A stretch of DNA of 64,000 bases from the human T2T-CHM13v2.0 reference genome, Homo sapiens. Location: NCBI RefSeq assembly GCF_009914755.1, contig NC_060937.1; one strand, 5' to 3'. Both the position numbers and the translations under genes were made by a program. Below are positions 60,976 through 64,000 of this stretch, in pieces; within the stretch, counting starts at the first letter, position 1; the number at the start of each line of letters is the position of its first letter. Under the pieces are notes generated by a model that saw only the letters and a list, made by a program, of their open reading frames with translations, was not told where the DNA came from and ran no database searches.

Positions 60976-63900
60976 ATATAATATCAAAGTACCCAAGGTA
61001 TATATTCTATACTGTACAAAAAATATCAAAGTACCCAAAGCATGTATTATATACTGTACATAAAATATGAAAGTACATCAAATATATATTTTATTCTGTA
61101 CATAATATATCAAAGTACACCAGATATATATTCTATAGTGTACATAAAATAACAAAGTACACAAACTATACATTATATACTGTACATAAAATATGAAATT
61201 ACATCAAATATATATTAGTACATAAAATATGAAAGTACATCAAATATAGATTATATACTGTACATAAAATATCAATGTACCCCAAATATATATTTTATAC
61301 TATACATGAAATATCAAAGTTCACAAACCATATATTGTATACTGTACATAAAATATCAAAGTACCCAAGGTATATGTTCTATACTGTACAAAAAATATCA
61401 AAGTACCCAAAGCATGTATTATATACTGTACATAAAATATGAAAGTACATCAAATATATATTTTATTCCGTACATAAAATATCAAAGTACACCAGATATA
61501 TATTCTATAGTGTACATAAAATATCAAAGTACACAAACTATACATTATATACTGTACATAAAATATGAAATTACATAAAATATATATTATATAAGGTACA
61601 TAAAATATGAAAGTACATCAAATATAGATTATATACTGTACAATAAATACCAAAGAACCCCAAATATATATTATATACTGTACATTAAATACCAAAGAAC
61701 CCCAAATATATATTATATACTCTACATGAAATATCAAAGTTCACAAACTATATATTATATACTGTACATGAAATATCAAAGTACCCAAGGTATATATTCT
61801 ATACTGTACAAAATATATCAAAGTACCCAAAGCATGTATTATATACTGTATATAAAATATGAAAGTACATCAAATATATATTTTATTCTGTACATAAAAT
61901 AGCAAAGTACACCAGATATATATTCTATAGTGTACATAAAATAACAAAGTACAAAAACTATAAATTATATACTGTACATAAAATATGAAATTACATGAAA
62001 TATATATTAGGTACATAAAATAAGAAAGTACATCAAATATAGATTATATACTGTACATAAAATATCAATGTACCCCAAATATATATTTTATACTCGACAT
62101 GAAATATCAAAGTTCACAAACCATATAATATATACTGTACATAAAATATCAAAGTACCCAAGGTATATATTCTATACTGTACAAAAAATATCAAAGTACC
62201 CAAAGCATGTATTATATACTGTACATAAAATATGAAAGTACATCAAATATATATTTTATTCTGTACATAAAATATCAAAATACACCAGATATATATTCTA
62301 TAGTGTACATAAAATATCAAAGTACCCAAACTATACATTACATACTGTACATAAAATATGAAATTACATCAAATATATATTATATTAGGTACATAAAATA
62401 TGAAAGTACATCGAATATAGATTATATACTGTACATTAAATACCAAAGTACCCCAAATATATATTTTATACTGTACATGAAATATCAAAGTTCACAAACT
62501 ATATATTATATACTGTACATATAATATCAAAGTACCCAAGGTATATATTCTATACTGTACAAAAAATATCAAAGTACCCAAAGCATGTATTATATACAGT
62601 ACATAAAATATGAAAGTACATCAAATATATATTTTATTCTGTACATAAAATATCAAAGTACACCAGATATATATTCTATAGTGTACATAAAATAACAAAG
62701 TACACAAACTATACATTATATACTGTACATAAAATATGAAATTACATCAAATATATATTAGTACATAAAATATGAAAGTACATCAAATATAGATTATATA
62801 CTGTACATAAAATATCAATGTACCCCAAATATATATTTTATACTATACATGAAATATCAAAGTTCACAAACCATATATTGTATACTGTACATAAAATATC
62901 AAAGTACCCAAGGTATATGTTCTATACTGTACAAAAAATATCAAAGTACCCAAAGCATGTATTATATACTGTACATAAAATATGAAAGTACATCAAATAT
63001 ATATTTTATTCCGTACATAAAATATCAAAGTACACCAGATATATATTCTATAGTGTACATAAAATATCAAAGTACCCAAACTATACATTATATACTGTAC
63101 ATAAAATATGAAAGTACAGCAAATATATATTATATTAGGTACATAAAATATGTAAGTACATAAAATATAGATTATATACTGTACATAAAATATCAAAGTA
63201 CCCCAAATATATATTATATACTGAACATGAAATATCAAAGTTCACAAACTATATATTATATACTGTACATAAAATATCAAAGTACCCAAGGTATATATTC
63301 TATAATGTACAAAATATATCAAAGTACCCAAAACGTGTATTATATACTGTATATAAAATATGAAATTACATCAAATATATATTTTATTCTGTACATAAAA
63401 TATCAGAGTACACCAGATATATATTCTATAGTGTACATAAAATATCAAAGTACCCAAACTATACATTATATACTGTACATAAAATATGAAATTAAATCAA
63501 ATATATATTATATTAGGTACATAAAATATGAAAGTACATCAAATATAGATTATATACTGTACATTAAATACCAAAGTACCCCAAATATATATTTTATACT
63601 GTACATGAAATATCAAAGTTCACAAACTCTATATTATATACTGTACATAAAATATCAAAGTACCTAAGGTATATATTCAATACTGTACAAAAAATATCAA
63701 AGTACCCAAAGCATGTATTATATACTGTACCTAAAATATGAAAATACATCAAATATATATTTTATTCTGTACATAAAATATCAAAGTACACCAGATATAT
63801 ATTCTATAGTGTACATAAAATATCAAAGTACCCAAACTATACATTATATACTGTACATAAAATATGAAATTACATCAAATATATATTATATTAGGTACAT

Positions 63901-64000
63901 AAAATATGAAAGTACATCAAATATAGATTATATACTGTACATTAAATACCAAAGTACCCCAAATATATATTTTATACTGTACATGAAATATCAAAGTTCA
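60960..64000 (+). repeat. Copy of about 54400-57440 (offset 6559 bp), truncated by the window end
   Basis: ORF pairs 54747/61306, 55648/62207, 56290/62849 and 56668/63227 are all 6559 bp apart. Shared variants are the doubled gaacccc monomer, tagcaaag, ataagaaag and actcgacatg. Confidence 0.92.

Larger units (their letters stand above)
1..64000 (+). repeat. Human Satellite 1A (HSat1A / SAR / satellite I) 42-bp tandem array, one orientation throughout, running off both window ends
   Basis: Continuous 42-bp periodicity with consensus TACATAAAATAT(C/G)AAAGTAC(C/A)(C/T)(C/A)AAATATATATTATATACTG. Most monomers have two GTAC (RsaI) sites 17 and 25 bp apart, the classical satellite I A/B subunit signature. 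About 79% AT with no CpG in the consensus. Confidence 0.96.

Noticed and set aside
472-63667. Over 100 plus-strand Tyr/Ile/Lys-rich ORFs of up to 362 aa (e.g. 36978-38066, 52754-53842, 9032-9964) resembling a repeat-protein family
   Set aside because: The monomer is 42 bp (14 codons) and one frame of the consensus happens to lack stops. ORFs start and end at satellite point variants and at 5-bp or 1-bp indels, and the commonest variants (taacaaag, the 5-bp deletion) break the frame, so there is no sign of coding constraint. There are no domains or gene structure.
1-64000. CRISPR-like alternation of a conserved motif (TGTACATAAAATAT) with variable segments
   Set aside because: The variable parts are homologous to each other and cycle every nine monomers. 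There are no unique spacers, leader or cas genes.
1-64000. Alpha satellite, CENP-B boxes, HSat1B or HSat2/3
   Set aside because: There is no 171-bp period, no TTCG..A..CGGG box, no Alu-containing 2.4-kb unit and no CATTC repeats.
1-64000. Inversions or embedded Alu/L1/unique sequence
   Set aside because: Reading through, every line keeps the same A-rich orientation and monomer motifs, and no non-satellite stretch was seen.
1-64000. TATA boxes and short palindromes (TATATA, TATAAA, TGTACA) as promoters or hairpin terminators
   Set aside because: They are expected in every monomer of a 79% AT repeat, and no site stands out by context.
1-64000. Assignment to a specific chromosome (chr3, chr4, chr13 or another acrocentric)
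   Set aside because: This needs alignment to a reference assembly; there is no unique anchor in the window.

Overview
The whole 64 kb window is one uninterrupted, single-orientation, very AT-rich tandem satellite (about 21% GC by hand count of the consensus unit). It matches Human Satellite 1A (HSat1A/SAR, classical satellite I). The 42-bp monomer (e.g. TACATAAAATATCAAAGTACCCAAACTATACATTATATACTG) has GTAC/RsaI sites 17 and 25 bp apart, and nine distinguishable monomers form a 378-bp higher-order unit. I see no genes, RNA genes, transposon insertions, inversions or CRISPR array. All ORFs in the track are by-products of a 42-bp (14-codon) period with one stop-free frame. The notable content is internal architecture, read by eye from shared diagnostic variants: 378/373/372-bp unit types; recent tandem and dispersed duplications (offsets 751, 1121, 1126, 1503, 1544, 1877, 2886, 3751, 4134/4512, 4970, 5274, 6559 bp); monomer-level gains and losses; a diverged 10-unit island at about 38.4-41.9 kb between direct repeats; an apparent nested X-Y-Z-Y-X subfamily layout; and a canonical AATAAA with a plausible cleavage context once per unit on the minus strand. 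I cannot support a novel protein-coding system. Boundaries are approximate and the chromosome of origin cannot be determined from this window alone.
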